A stretch of DNA of 64,000 nucleotides, taken from Camelus dromedarius. Its lineage: Eukaryota. The DNA lies in NCBI RefSeq assembly GCF_036321535.1, contig NC_087447.1:52144001-52208000 (forward strand), given 5' to 3'. The notes beneath the pieces were generated by a model. It made no database searches, had not been told where the DNA came from, and was given only the letters and a program-made list of their open reading frames with translations. Shown piece after piece: positions 1 to 14,244 of the stretch; within the stretch, counting starts at the first letter, position 1, and each line of letters begins with the position of its first letter. The position numbers and the translations under genes are program-made.

Positions 1-344
1 CTGGCCAATTTGCCTCCTTTTGATCAAAGAGGAACAGAAGTTGGTATAAGAAGGTCCTTGAAGCCTGGTGGTCTAGGCTTTGAATCCAGGCTCTACACTT
101 GCCAGCCAGCAGCCCCAGAGGGTGGGCACTCAGTTCTGTTTTTCTGCTAACCATCTAACCCCCACCACAAGTGATATTATTTTAGGCAGGTTACATAACA
201 TAACTTTTGTGCGCCCGTTTTCTCCTCTATAAAACAGGGATAATAATACCTATTTCAGAGAGATACTATGAAGATCAAACAAGGTAACACTTACAATGAA
301 ATGCAAATTCCTTCCAAGGCCTGCCGGATCCCATGAGACTGCCC

Positions 345-930
345 CCACTAGAATGGCAACTCCCTGAGGGAAGGGACTTTGGTCACTGCTGTATCCCCAG
401 AACTCAGGAGAGTGCCTGGCATGTAGAAGATGCTCAGTGATATGAATGAACGTTGGCTGAATGACCTGCCTCTTCCTGCCTCCGCTCTGATTTCACCTTG
501 AACCCTATTCCTTTGTGCTTCCTGTGTTCCACTACATTTGCTGCTGTTCTCCAAACACGCCAAGCTCAGGCCAGGCTTGGGGCGCTCACACTTACTGTTC
601 CTTTGGCTGGGAGTGCTCTTCCCTCCAATCTTGGTAGGGCCATTTCATATGATTACTCGTGTTTTAGTTCAAATGTTCCTATTTCAGCAAGGCTTCCCCT
701 GGTCACCCTTTCTGATGGGTCCTCTCAGCTCTATCACATTATCTTACTTGACTGTCTTCACCTCACTAATCTTGTTTATTTGTTTACTTGCTTATTGTCT
801 GTCTTTTCCAGCTAGAATATAAACTCCATGAGGACAGGGACCTTGTTTGTATTCTTAGTGCCTAAAGCAGGACCCAGCAGAAAGAGGTACTCAATACATA
901 TTTCTTGGATGAGTGAATGTATAAATAAAT
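345..930 (+). mobile_element. L2 3'-end fragments
   Basis: ctagaatggcaactccctgagggaagggac...cctggcatgtagaagatgctcag...tgaatgaa and ctagaatataaactccatgaggacaggga...actcaatacatattt. Confidence 0.65.
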
Positions 931-2134
931 AACAGTAGATATTATTGTTATTTTTTCAAGATTTGGGCTGAGAATAACTAAGAACTCAATCTTATTACTT
1001 TTCACCTTCCATGCAAGGAAGGGGAAGTTCACTAAATACTCACAGAGGACATCTTAGGTATCAAGCATTGTGCTCAGAACCATCTTCTGAGGTGGGCATC
1101 ATTTCACAGTCGGTGAAGCTGAGTCTCAGAGAGGATAAGTAACTTGCCTAAGATCACACAGCTAACAGAGGACTACAGATCTGTCAGGTCTGTCTGATCT
1201 TAAAGTCTGTGTTCTTTCATCAAGCTTCCCATAAAAATGATGCTGTTTCAAATCAAGACCTTTGCGTTCAACTATGTGAAAGAAAAAAAAATCATGTTTG
1301 GAAATCTCAAGTGGGTCAGTTTTCTCTTCAAAATGCTTTGCTTTGCTACCACTGCAGTTGACTTTGCAGTGATGCCAAACCCCACTTCGCGGGTGTATGG
1401 AGCTGGCCAGGTGACGGGCTTCTCATTCTTTGCTTCCACTGACTTTTTGTCACTCCATTTTCCCAAAGCATCTTTGGAGCACGGGGAAAGAAAATACATA
1501 AAAGATTCATGTAGTGGCTGTGAACCTGGCTCTCAGAAGAGGCCCACTAAAGAGTATCTTCGCACACACTGCAAGGCTTTCTTCTTCACGCTCAATACTT
1601 CACATCTCATGCCACTTACCATGTGTGGCTGGTGAGGAAAATGCCATATTGTCTGTCTGATAGTAAACTTGCTGATCGGGGACTTTTTGGTTGGAAAATA
1701 AAGATTTGATTTTTATGACTTTCATCTATGATTGTTTCAAACACCACCATCATCAGCAAGAGGAAATGGCTACTGTACCCTCTATAAATAATTAGCGTTC
1801 ACAGCCCATGCGCACCAACAGCCCCCTTGGCCTCAGGTCACTAGGATAGATGGCATCACTACACCATTAGTTCCTCTAAAACTGTAGCAGAGCCAGGCTA
1901 CTTTCTGACTTCTGCAATAAAAACTTGTGTTTGCTGCCCATTTCCTAGGGAATTAAGTCCCAGCAATGAATTCTAGCCGTCATGATTTTTAAGATCTCAC
2001 TCCCCACTGGAGGTCATATCACTCACTCATGTTGTACTTGAGGCAGCGCATCTGGTGGAAAGTGCTTAGGATTCAGGTAGCTCTGGGGTTAAATCCTGGC
2101 TCTGTCACTCATGTGTACAATGTCACAGAGCCAG

Positions 2135-3320
2135 TCAGTGTCTGTGCTGGTTATTCTCTGCTCCCTCTTCAGACCATTCTCTGCCCTTCTCTGTGCCCAG
2201 AGGGGCTGACCCATGCCTCCCCGGGGCCCCCTTGCTGGCTTGCTGCTGGTTGGGTTCAGTCAATGGTAGGCAATGGCAAGAGACGGAGGTCAAGGGGAGA
2301 AGTTTTCCTTATTCTCTGTCTCCAGTGCCATATTCTAATGGTGCGTGCACCCACCCACAATTACAGCTTCCACCAGACGGCTTCTTCTTCATGGTTACAG
2401 CTCCCTCTGGGCTTAGTAACAACATCCTATTCCTTCCCTGCCTTGCCCATCCGCCTGAGGGATGGTGATGGTTGCTCACTGTTTTTAGTGCCTGGGTGCC
2501 TTCCCATCCTTTCTTGGTTCCTGTATCCCTGCCTATTCCTCTATAACATTTCTCAATTTGAAAAATACTTTTGCTGGATATAGAATTCTCTGTTGACAGG
2601 TTTTTTTTTTTCTTTCAGCATTTCTGTTTCCTAGCTTGTATGGTTTCTGATAAGACGTCTGCTGTGATTCTTATCTTTGCTCTTCTGTACAAAATGCCTT
2701 ATTTTCTGGCTGCTTTCAAGATAGGGTAGGGTAGTGTCTATTGTCCTTCTCTTCACAGATTAAGGCTTCTGTTCCATATGGGAGAACAGGTGGGAAGGGT
2801 CTGGGTGGAGCAGGCAGAAATCTCTGCCCCTTCCTCAGCAGTTGCTGTACCCTTCCCTCTGGTCTACCATAAGGGATGTCTTCTTAAACATCTTCCTGTT
2901 CTCTTCTGTGAGTACTTGATGGGGCTTGTGGAGAAACGTTCTGGAGGATGTGGATGCTCCCAGTTTCCACAGCCTCCAAGCGCTTCATACTCTCTTCCCA
3001 GTACACACTTAGCCTTTGTAAATTCATCAAGCTGAACTCTTCTTGCCAGTGACTGCTTGCCTCTATCCCTAGTCAGCTAGTACTCACATCTTATCTGCGA
3101 TGTGACACTCTGTCTCCCCTTGGATTTGGCCAGACGGTTGCCCTGTGACCTCAGAGAAGGATTTCAAGGAAAACCCATGACTTTGCCATTTGTCTGTCTT
3201 ATTTTCATTGTAAGGTTGGGAACAATGCTCTTTCTACATCCTCAAGCAACAACTGGAAGCCACGTCTCTTCATGTGAACCATCCGAATTGAATTCTGTTT
3301 CCTGCTGGGAGCCCTGACAG
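2135..3320. mobile_element. ERVL LTR33-like fragment interrupted by an old L1 segment (about 2560-3260)
   Basis: ggttgggttcagtcaatggtaggcaatggcaagagacggagg and tgtttcctgctgggagccctgac are LTR33-like. tttgctggatatagaattct...tctgctgtgattcttat is old L1-like. Confidence 0.45.
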
Positions 3321-4531
3321 TGCTGGAGCTATGATTTAAACCTAGCATTTTTCTCTCTACAGTATTTTTTCTGCCCTTCTTTACCTCCTTTCCACCTGAA
3401 TTTACATTTCATTGATAAAATATTTACTGAGCACCTACTAGGTGGCAAGTCCCAAGCTCGCACAGAGATAAGGCAGCTGGGGTGTCACAGTAGTTGGCCC
3501 GAGCACAAGGATGACAGGGGCTGTCACAAGGCACCCTGGGACGCCCAAGCCACTTCCCTCTATGAACTTTAGGGAAGCTGGTTGCTCTCGCCCACCTAGC
3601 AAGCCAATTTTGGAACCTGCCTCATGCTTGTCAGGCAATTTTCTTAGCCACCAAATGCCATCTGCCTAGGAGCCCAAGTCTGAAATTAATGGTGCTGCAC
3701 ACTGGAGAGGTAGACGGCATTACAGGCTTCTTTGAGGTTTCCTACCAGCAGACCTGTGGGCTGAGGGAAGAAAAGTAACCTTGATTCCCCAGCATTGTGA
3801 ACTCTTTAAGTCAAGTTTCTCTGAAGTGTGTGATATTTATGTTAGATGTATTATTTAATCTGTTGAGAGGATAGATAAAGCCAACTTAAAACTTGTTTCA
3901 GTAATAGCCCATGTCACAGGCAAGCCTGGGCTGATTTTTTTTTAAAAAATATTAGTGCATTTGATTTTGGAATCCATTAAGTTGCCTCATGGAGCTAAAA
4001 GCAGAAAATTCACTGGAGCCGTGTGCACTGGCAAAAGCTGCCCCAGCCTGTGTTGAGAAACAGCATAATGATAATAATAGCACACCGTTACTTCTTGGGA
4101 GTGTCACAGTTTGCAAAGTATTTTCACTTTCAGTATTAGGATTTAGTTTTTTGATCCTCATAACAGCTGAGGTAGGTCAGGCAGTATTTCTGTCTGGTTG
4201 AGACTTGGGTCTGGAAGCCAGCCCACCCCTAAATCACATGGCAAACATCCACCAAAAATAGGTATCTGGTACCCTTGCTTTGTTCACAGCCTGAGCTGAA
4301 CCATTTTCCCTTGTCCCATTCTACATGCCTCTTTCTAGCCCAGTTTTGATATTCTCAGGGATCTGACTCCTCTCTTAGTTCATACCTTGATCTCTCAGAC
4401 TTGACATTTGATTCTGCTCTTCTGGTCTGCCTTCTAATTCCTATGTTAACGACAACTTTTGTCTGCTCCTTTGATTAGTTTACTTGCCACTGCTCCCAGG
4501 TGGTAGTACCTTTCACGCCCAAACAGCATCT

Positions 4532-4561
4532 CTGCAACTACTTGTACTGCAACTACTTGTA
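4532..4561. repeat. Short tandem duplication, 15-bp period
   Basis: ctgcaactacttgta repeated twice. Confidence 0.85.
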
Positions 4562-6961
4562 TTGCTTGAAATACCAATACTAATATTGCTTGAAAGAATA
4601 ATATTAGCAGCAGCAGCTATGATTTGGGTCAGACGTTGACTTTTCCATACTTTCTCTCACTAAAATTTTGAACCTCACACTATCCCTATGAAGAATATAC
4701 TATTTTAATCCTGCCATACAGATAAGCTACAAAGAACACAGCTACACTGACCACACCCAGTCAGCGCAGCTGAAAGAACATGGACTTGGGTCCTGGCTCT
4801 GCTATGTACTCACTGTGTGATTTCAGACTAGTTACCTCATCTCTCTGTGCCTCCGTTTGTTCATCTGTAGGAAATAGGGTTGATAATTCCTACCATCTGA
4901 GGTTGCTGTAATGATTAAATGGGAAAGAGCCTGGCACACAGTAGGGTCTCAAACAAGTGAGTTTCATTTTTCTTTTAGGGCTTTTATCTCCTCCTCCTGA
5001 GTATTGCTATTACGTGGATACTTTGGAATGCCAATTGTTATTTGATAAAAAGCAATGGCATTAACTTTTTCTTCTTCCTAAAAAATCACATATGGCTGCA
5101 TATATCATCAAAGAAGGCAGGGATCGAGGGACGGGGTGCTTTCCAGTAGAGGTGTAGGAGATGGTTTTCAGTTTCAGGGCTGGTTGAGAGTAAGGGCTGC
5201 ACTGATGTGTAAGCGTTCAGTTTAGGAATTGACGGAGTGACCCTGGGAACTAACTGAGTGCAGCGACTTGCACTGACAAAGAAACCCCTGTATTGGCTAA
5301 ATAATGTATAAGAGATTTCCATTGGGCAATGAGGGGAAAATTGAATTATTTAATGTATTTCCATTTCGATGAGTTAATTAAGATAATTGCTGTTTTCCTG
5401 GATCTTTGTCTTTTCTTTGTAATTAACAAGGCCCTTTTTGGTGAAAGGAATTTAGCCAGTGAACTTTGTCCAAGTTGCTGTGGCTTTCTTTTCTTTTTCT
5501 TTTTTTTTTCTTTTTTTTTTTTTTGGTGCAAATTGTATTTAAAAACCTGTTACAGCTCCTTTTGCTTTGGCTTCTAGGACTGTGGGAAACTGATGCTTGA
5601 TCAAGCTTGAGAAAAACTTACGGTTCAAGGATTCAAGTTCATTTGGGATTAACAAACTCAGCAAGGGGCAGCAGGGCAGAGCGGCAAGAGAATGAGCTCT
5701 GGCATTCAGACAGACTTGGTTTGTGATCTCTGTTCTGCCGTGTTCTCAAATAACAGTGGACAAATGAGCCTCTCTGAGCCTCAGTTTCTGTGTCTGTTAA
5801 GCAGACACTATCACCCATCTTCCAGAGCTGTCGTGAGGACTGAATGCAGTAACTCAGTTCCGAGCCTGTCAATGACGCACAACAAGGTTAGCTCCTACCC
5901 CATCTCCCACGGACTTATCTAATAGTAACATATTTGACAGTTTCCATTGTCTGGAACATGGCTGAGACCTCAAAAAGAAGCTAAAAATATCTAAGTAGAA
6001 AAAGAGATATCACGAAGTCCATTCATTAAAACATCTCATAGAGGGACACCTCGGATACACAATTTAACTTTGGCAAGGATTAGAATAAGCTGAATATCTG
6101 GTTCTCTGACCACACCACTTAAGAAGCCCTACCAGGGACGAAGAGCAGGCAAGTGAACTACCTGAGCGGGCCAGCACGGCTGAAACACACACTGGCCAGA
6201 TAGCGCCACGCTGAGGGAGGAGGCGGCAAAACTATGGATTAGACACAGGAACTAATGAAAGGATAGTTTAGAATCACTTTGGGCCGGGATGTAGGGTTCT
6301 GTGGCCTCATTTCCTCGCTCCCTGGAAGCTACCTTCACCCTGCAGCATTAAGTGCATTGTTGTTGCTCCTCATTAATGACCTTGACTCATGAAATAGAAG
6401 GTTTCAATATATCTTTATAATGTGTTTGAGAAGGGAGGCATGTAATGCACTTCATAAATTCCATCCAAAATGGTAAAAGTGAAAGAAAATTTTGGAACCT
6501 TCAAGATGTGGGCTTCGATTCTGCGGACAGTTCTTCCACATGGAACTGTTCCATCTCCCATTGCCACATTTCTGGACAGTGGTCATATGAAGATGCTAAC
6601 ACTTTACCAAGTGTTTTTACTTTTTACCTCCATCACCTGCCTATAGTATGGTGGGCAGGTATCCACTATTTCCATCTTATAGAGGAGGAAACTGAGGCCT
6701 ACAGAGGTTAAGTCTACAGTAACGCTGGGGTTCAAGCCCAACCCCTCTGACTCCAAAGCTCATGACTTTTCACTGCACCGTATTCCTTCCCTGGAGTAAT
6801 AGTCCGGGTTATTAACATGCAGAACCTATAACAGGTGATAGTTTGCATCTCAAGTGAATTAAAATAAAATATATCCACAAATTAACACGTCATCAGCTCA
6901 CCTCTAATCCTGCAATACTCCCATGAAACAACCCATCAGACGGCCTTGTCTTGATACTTAC

Positions 6962-7839
6962 TCATAAAATGTTGTCCATCCATTTTCATTGCTTTTGGTT
7001 GCCAGAAGACCAGAATTGCCATGGTATGTCATCATGGCCAACTCGTGTCCTTGTGTGGTCACACTCTTGAGTGCACTGTTGGTGCCCATGGTCACCCAGT
7101 ACACCTGACCATCTGGGACCACCAGCCAGAGGGGCATCCCAGTAGAGTCTCTGCGGACATTTACCATGTTGCCGTTGTTGTCTGTGATGAGCGTGATGTC
7201 GCCATCCCCAGTGTAGGTAAAGTTGTACAGGAAATCTCCTGTGGGTAGGCTCTGGGTGTACAGATGCTTGCCACTGGTATCAAACAGGTAGAGCTCCTGG
7301 TCGATGGGTGAGGACAGCTCATACATGTTCTGGGTATTGAGGAAAGGCTTGTTCTTCCTGATAAACCGAATTCGGATATTCCCAAGGTCGGCCACGTACA
7401 GCTCCCCGTCAGCACACACAGCCAAGGAAGACGGGGTATTCAGCTTTGCATCCTTAGCATAACCATCATCTCCAGAGAAACAGTCACAGTTGGCATCATT
7501 TTTACAGTCACAGCCACTGGGGGCCCCGGCAACTAGCGAGATCTCTCCGTTGGTGGTGACCTGCCTGATGCGGTTGATCTTCTTCTCGTCTGTCTCAGCG
7601 ATATACAGGACCCCGTTGTGAGAGACGGCCAAGGCCGTGGCCGACTCCAGGGTTGCGTGGACAGCCACCTTGCTCAGCAGGAAGTGGTCGATGCCAGGGA
7701 CCTGGCAGTGCATGGGTCTCCCGGCGACAATGCGCACCTGGTGGTTTTCAGAGATCTGCAGGACCACGTTGTTGTCCAGGACATAGAGGGAATTGTCCAT
7801 CGGGTTGATGGCTAAGTCTGTGGGCCACTCCAGGCGAAC
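6962..7839 (-). CDS. TENM4: Teneurin-4 coding exon (878 nt), NHL repeats to the first YD repeats: [22 protein letters not shown]...[11 protein letters not shown](E)
   Basis: Lies within ORF 6958..7977. Acceptor TCTCCATCATCAG|GTT CGC, donor TAT GA|GTAAGT. I did not see the next exon (YDSFGRLT...) in 1-6961, so it probably lies outside the window. Confidence 0.97.
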
Positions 7840-8475
7840 CTGATGATGGAGACACGGACACTCAAATGCCTGGCAAGGTGCCACCACTGATGATCCCACA
7901 CCCCGCCCAGCCCGTAACAGTGCCCCAGGTGCCTGCACAGGCAGTCTGGCCGAATCCTCACAGCAGCCTGTCATCAACCATGGATGCGGTCCCTGCTCAG
8001 ACAGAAATCATGGAAGAACCACCACTGAGGCATCAGACGGTCTACATTAGATTGACAAAACATGGAGAAGGGGATCACAAATAAGCAAACAAAAAGCAGG
8101 CAAGAGGAAAGACTCGAGTCAGACAGGCCTGGGTTCAGATCCTACTCCCCCACTTGTGGCCTTGGGCAAATTATTTGCCTTTCTGAGCCTCAATATTCAC
8201 GTCTGTAAAGTAGGAATGACAATGGTGCAGAGTCCAACCCCTTGCAGGTATTCAGATAAGGGCAGCTAATGGCCTGGAGAGGGGAGGGGAAGGCAGATGG
8301 AGTCTGGAGGCTGAAGTAGGAGTTGTTCAGAGGCTTAAGAAAGACCCTTCCTGAACTGCTGATATAAGCCTGAAGATGATTTCTCAGTTCTTTAAGTTCA
8401 TGGATTAACACGTGACTAGGTGCTGGGGATGTAAAGATGAAACAATCCTGCCCCTGTCTGACATAGTTCCAGACC

Positions 8476-8810
8476 TGTGATTCTCAAATCTGGACACCCG
8501 TTCAAATTACCTGGGGTGATTTAAGAGAGTACTGGTGGTCAAATTCCACCTCTGATCAATGATATCAGATGCCTGGGTGTGGGGCTTGGGCAGAGGCACG
8601 AAAGCTTCCCGGGTGATTCTAATGTGGGGTTGGGAATCGTAACTGGACATTTCTCCTTCCAGTGTGGTCATCAGATGGGCAGTGTTGGCATCACCTAAGA
8701 GCTGGTCAGAAATGCAGAATGGCAGGCTTTACCCCAAACCTACCGAGTCAGAAGATGCATTTAAACAAATCCCTGGGTGGCACCCGTGCACACTGAAGTT
8801 GGTGAAAGCA
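8476..8810. mobile_element. MER5-type hAT-Charlie fragments
   Basis: gattctcaaa...attacctgggg...gggtgattctaatgtg and atcacctaagagctggtcagaaatgcagaat...tttaaacaaatccctgggtg. Confidence 0.6.
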
Positions 8811-9229
8811 GATAATGGTTTCCAGTACCTCAGAGGACAGGTCCACCTGGAAGGGATGAACCATGCTGGCGATGGGTACGGAGGTTCAGGGGACCTGGGT
8901 CCCATGTCTGAGCCTCCTCTGAGCCAGGCTGGGAGGCTGGCAGGGATCACAGGGAGCCTTCAGGTGGGCATGCGGGGGACTGCAGCTGGCAGGTCTGAGG
9001 CAAGGATGCTCTGTGTTTTGCCTCAGTGGATGTGGAGGCTGGGTTGTTGGGTTGCTGGCACTAGGGAAGCCTTTAACTGTGTTCCCCAGGAAGCCAAGTC
9101 ACAATGCACGTGGGCTGACAGCTGCTGCCTCCAGCTGACTTATCTACCCCACCCCTACAGACTCATCGCCTTAGGTTCCTGAGCCCCCTACAAACCTTTG
9201 ATCTTCAGGCCAATTTGGGGCTTATTTAA

Positions 9230-9695
9230 ACAAGTGTATGCCTTTGGACAAGCAATTTCTCTTCCAGAAATTTACTCTTGTACACCACAGGGTACAGAGG
9301 TGCTTAGCACAGCCATTTTTAATAATGGTGAAAACTGGAACCAACCCAGATGTCTGATGAGAGAGAATTGGCTAGATCAATTATAGTACATTTCGTTCAT
9401 CTGTAAGTTAAAATACTCTGTGTAGCGGTTAAAAGTGATGTTACAGATGGATGTTTAATGACATGAGAAAATGTTTGCTATGTATTAAGTGGAAAAAACA
9501 GTTTACAGAGTGATCCCAATTGGGGAAAATAAAATAGATTATGGAAAGAAGGGAGATTAAAAGCTTGAGGGAGAGACACCAAAATGTTCACTGCATCAGG
9601 ATTAGAGATCATTTTAACTTTCTTCTTTGCAATTTTTAACTTTTTATATTTTCTGCAACGTTCACATGGTAGTTTACTCATGTAAAAAGAAACCT
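9230..9695 (+). mobile_element. Old L1 (L1ME-like) 3' fragment; similar pieces at about 16870-17290 and 29830-30300
   Basis: agcaatttctcttccagaaatttac...aaaactggaaccaacccagatgtctgatgagagagaattggctagatcaattat...tattaagtggaaaaaacag. Confidence 0.55.
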
Positions 9696-12070
9696 TGGAG
9701 AATCATATACACAGGAGATCTGGTCACCTGCACCTGCCCCTTCAGGAGGGAGCAGTCCTGTCGCATTTCTCCGAGGCCCTGCTTCCTACAGTCTGTTTGT
9801 TCCCTCACCCCCAGCCTGGGTGCCTCCGCCCCACGCCCCACGGAGCAGGGAGCCTGAGGCCGCCAGTGCCCTGGGCCAGCACTGCCTCCTTCACACTTCC
9901 CGGTGCTCTCTGGAGCACAGCATCACAGCAGCCTTTGGCTGCATCAAGAACACAGTTTACTCTAAAGTGACAGGGGAATTTTCAATTTCCTAAAGCCCGC
10001 TTCTTGTCAACACTGGCTGCTAAATATTTTATGCCCTCTGGTCCTGTGGCACCTTGGGGACATGCTTACCGAGACCTTTCTGCCTGTCATTATGATGAAA
10101 AGATGGCTCCCTGAAGGTGGGGAGGGGGGAGTAGGGCAGGGAGGGAGAAGGAGAGGAAGTGGGGAGGAGAGAAGAGCAAGCGTCCTTCTGCTCTCTCGCC
10201 TGCCCACAGGCACACGGGCCCCTGGGAAAGGAGGAGCAGTGCCCTTGGAGTCCCAGTGCCTGTGTGACGGTTCTGGACCAAGTACCTAAGCTTCTTTGAC
10301 TTTACGTCCCTGTTAGTGCTATTGGTGCTGAGGCTTCATTTCCCATCACCGCAAGGGAGGGAAGAGACTAATTTCTGAGGTCTCTCCAGTTGCCATGTTC
10401 TACAGCCCCGAGAAGGAATGGAGCTCCCTCGCCCCGTCCTCCCGAGCATTCCGGCCCTTTATGAAAGCACTCTCAGCTGACTGCCTTGTTGCAGAGTTAT
10501 TTGCAAAAATGGACTGTCAAATGGATGAGTCAATGACTGACTGGTGAAAGGCACAGAGAGAGGGATGTGGGGCCAGGACACCTCCGTTCCTAGCTTAGTC
10601 CCCCGACAACTACAGGTGTGATCTTCCTCAAGTTACATGAACACTTTGAACTTCTTCCCCCATATGTAGAAGGTGGTAATCAGTATTACATAAGAGCAGT
10701 TGTGACGATCAAGTGAGACAAGGTATAAGGAAATTCTTTTTAAATTATAAAGAGAATGAATATTTACTGCCTATCATTCCCAGACACTGTGCTAGGGAAT
10801 TTGTATACATGATTTCATGAAAAGTTGCATTTGCTCCACCTGATGGAACCTAGCACGGGGCTCTGCATTTGTAACCACACTTTCTGTCACCACGCCTCAG
10901 TTTCCCTATCTATGCAAGGGAGTAGATAACACTGATCTTGAGGGATTCCGGTGACAGCTAAATAAGAAAAGTGAAGTGGTACCCATCTCTGTAGCCCCAT
11001 TTCTAACAGTGCCCGGCATATAAGTTCTCAGGAAATCATTCTGGACCCTAATGACAGAGTTATACTTTGTGTCTGTGGTGGCCGCAGGCTGCAGAGTTGA
11101 GAACTAATCCCTTGTTTTGAACAGGTTGTAACATCTTTTGTTCTGTCTCAACTCTACACCTCTTTCTAGTTCCCCTCATCTTCATCTCCTTCCAGAGGGA
11201 CTGGTCCAAGCTAAGCTCCTTGGTCCTCCCCTTTGCATGCTTGCCTCTGAGCTGTGTTCTCACCTCTCTGGCTTACCTCCCTGCGCCCCACGGCACAGTA
11301 CAGCAGCTGCGTGTTTGTGACAGAGGAGGCTCTGAGAATAAAGTCTGGGCCCCCTTCCCATATGTGTATATAGAAGTACACGCCTGTGTTGGGGAGTTCG
11401 GTAAAAAGAATCCCATGCTTAGATTCAGACCAGGGTGCTGAGGACCAGGGGCAGAGAGATTTCAGTCCTGGATCCAGGATTTCTGAATCTAAGTGTGGGT
11501 TTCTCCCACTTCCACTCTATGCCAATTGTCTTCCAAGCCTTTGATCTGGCTGCTTGGCAGGACCTCTGGCTAAAGTTAAACAATTTTCCAATGTGTGGAC
11601 TGAAACATTTTGGCACCCTGTGCTGGCTGGTGGAGGTCCCATTTTGAGAACTGAAAACCCGTGGACACACGCCCTCAGGCCCTGGCAGCTCCCTGATGGA
11701 TACATCGAGCTTGCTCACAGACTGGAGAGGGAAACTCTGAAGCCAATAAGGGGAAGTCTGCCAAATTGGAAAGTCGAGAGGCAGAGGACAGATTCCATGC
11801 TGGCTCATAACGATCATATCAGCTGGTGAGGAGGGAAACCACCTTAGCATCTGATAGGAAAGGGACACGGGCGCCGGGCTGCTGGCAGCATCCGGGGGCT
11901 CTGGGGAAGGGGCTCTAGGGAAGGGGCTCTGTGACACACATCGGCAGCAGAGGCAGGCATGACCAGAGAGGCCTCCCAGCTTCTGCTGCCTGCCGAGCAC
12001 AGGGTCTGCAGTCGGTGACAAGGCCTGTGTATCCCGGCTCCCTTAGAAGCGAGGGGGCTTAAAAAGCTAC

Positions 12071-12090
12071 GTGTGCCCCCTGCTGACACC
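12071..12090 (-). promoter_or_regulatory. Candidate CTCF motif
   Basis: Minus strand GGTGTCAGCAGGGGGCACAC is one mismatch from the CCAGCAGGGGGCAC core. Motif match only. Confidence 0.35.
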
Positions 12091-13221
12091 AACTGGCAAT
12101 TTAACATAATTCAAGCCTCCTTATTTCCTTGGTTTTGCTAATGTTGGCAAGATGGATGCTCACAGATTCAGCATTGCCCAAGCCTTGCCAAAGGACCTAG
12201 TGATAAAGAACACATCACTTGTCAAGTCACTGCAGGACAAACTAAAGATATCTCTCAGGTCTACACTGGGCTCCTGGTGCCCCCCTGCTAAGGTCCAAAC
12301 TCTTGTATGGTGAGTTAAATTCTCCTTTAACTGGCTCCAAAGCACACCTCTAGTTTTGACTCCTGCTACTTCCTTTCAAGAACCCTATGCTCAGTGTTCA
12401 ATTTTCCAGTGTTCCTTGAATGTTCCAGGGCCATTAACATCTTTGTACCTTTGCATACGCGATTCCCTTTGCATGAAATGTCTCCTTTCTTCCAACAAAC
12501 TCCTATTCAACCTTCAAAATGTGGCACAAATGTCACCTCCTTTGTGAAAGTAGGACTAGAATTTCTGTTTATTGATCACTTCCAGAGTGCCAAGCAGTTC
12601 TAGAAGCCCTACATGAATCACTCCACGTATTCTCAAGGCAATCCTGCCAGGCCAATGTCTATGAGACCCATTTTACAGACATGAAAAGTGAGGTCCAAGG
12701 GACCTCAGCAACTTGTCTAAACTTACACAGCGAGTGAGTGGCAAAGCTGGGATTCAATCAACAGTCAATCAACTAATCAATCAACAAGTACTGATTGTGC
12801 ACCCTGGTTATAGTAGAGGAAAAGATGGACAAAAGGTTCCTTCTAGCCTGTCCCCATGTGGCTTACAGGCTAGAAAGAGAGCAGACAATGTACAAGCATC
12901 TGTGTTTCCAAAGAAGGAATTCAGGAGGCGATGGATTTAAACTCACACCGTGTGAGGCTCTGCTGCCTCTGAGGCTTCCTTGGGCAAATCTCTTCACTGT
13001 CCCCCGAGCTTCCCTCTGTCACCCATGTGTACCCCTGACGGTGAACTCCCAGAGCATCGTGCCGTGCCCTGCTCATCTGTGTGTCCTTAGTACTCTTCAC
13101 CAAGAGTGTGCTCTCACAGGCCTTGGGCGGCACAATGATGAGCAGCCAGCTGGCTGGCGGGGGCCAGTGGGAGGACACATGTGCAGACTCAGGGCTCCAG
13201 CTGACAAAGCTGTCTCCTTAC

Positions 13222-13376
13222 CTGGGAAATATCCATGACGGAATCACAGCTGAGGGGCCGGGCCGAGGTGAGGTCATTGGAGCCCAGCAGGGTGGAGATG
13301 ACCCCATTCTGATCAATACGTCTGATCATGGTGCCATCCACGAAGTAAATCAGCCCGGATTTGTCCACTGTGATGC
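13222..13376 (-). CDS. TENM4: Teneurin-4 coding exon (155 nt), NHL region: (G)[51 protein letters not shown]
   Basis: Lies within ORF 13189..13446. Acceptor CTCCTCCCCAG|GC ATC, donor CAG|GTAAGG. Confidence 0.96.
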
Positions 13377-14244
13377 CTGGGGAGGAGAAGCAAGAGGTGG
13401 TAACAACCCACACGCTCACCAACACTTGCGGGTTGACAGTGCACACCCCTCACCGTGATTTGAGTAGATCTCCCCCACAACTGATTCATTCCCTTTCTGA
13501 AGGCGAGAAGAGAGCTGCCCAGAGGCTTGGGGTGATTTTTTTTTTTCAAAGCCAGGATTAGAACCCAGGTCTTCAGCTTCTCCAGGGCTCTGGTTCTTCC
13601 ACCTGACTGCCTCTGGAGATTTTCACCTATCATGTTAGCCATCCATTAAGGCTGGACTCACAACTTCTGGGAGTTTGTTAGGCAGTAGAGGTAGTGGTAA
13701 GGAAGAACATTTTCGGTGTCAAAACTGTGGATTATTTAAATGAACCTACTTCTGAAGACCTGTAATTATACTAATCAAAACCCCTTTTTGGTAAGAATTT
13801 TTCTTTTCTTCCAAAACAATCATCCTTCACATTTTTCTAGTCTATTACTATTTTAGTTTCATTGGTTATTTCAGAAGTATAGAGCCTGAAAAAGAATCCT
13901 TTGGATTGGGGCAGGGAATATTGATGAATTTAATTTCTCAAAAAGGCACATTGAAGGGAGGAGTCAGAATCATTATTCCACATCATTTCTTGCATTTGCT
14001 AGACTGTCCCACCTGTTGATCTCCTCCCTGACCAACTGTGTGACCTTGGGCAAATCCCTGGAAGTCCCTGCATTTGTTTTCCCAGCTATGATATGAAGGG
14101 GTTGTTCTAGAACTGTGTTACTCACTCCTGTATAAAGAAATACCTGTATGTGTGTGTGAATTACCAGGGAGCTTGCTAAAATGCACCCCTGCCAGGTACC
14201 TCATTCAAGAAAATCTCAAGTGGAGCTTGAGCATCTATCTGTAT

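Noticed and set aside
6962..7839. YD/RHS-like and NHL repeats as a bacterial toxin system or recent horizontal transfer
   Set aside because: The resemblance of teneurins to bacterial YD/Tc toxin shells is well known and ancient. This is a normal spliced exon in mammalian repeat-rich DNA.
7840..7977. N-terminal 46 aa of the 339-aa ORF 6958..7977 as a standalone gene start
   Set aside because: Teneurin similarity starts exactly at the acceptor CATCAG|GTT (7839). The upstream part is open intron by chance.
10118..10170. G-rich tract with G-quadruplex potential
   Set aside because: Low-complexity purine tracts like this are common in mammalian introns, and nothing here points to a function.
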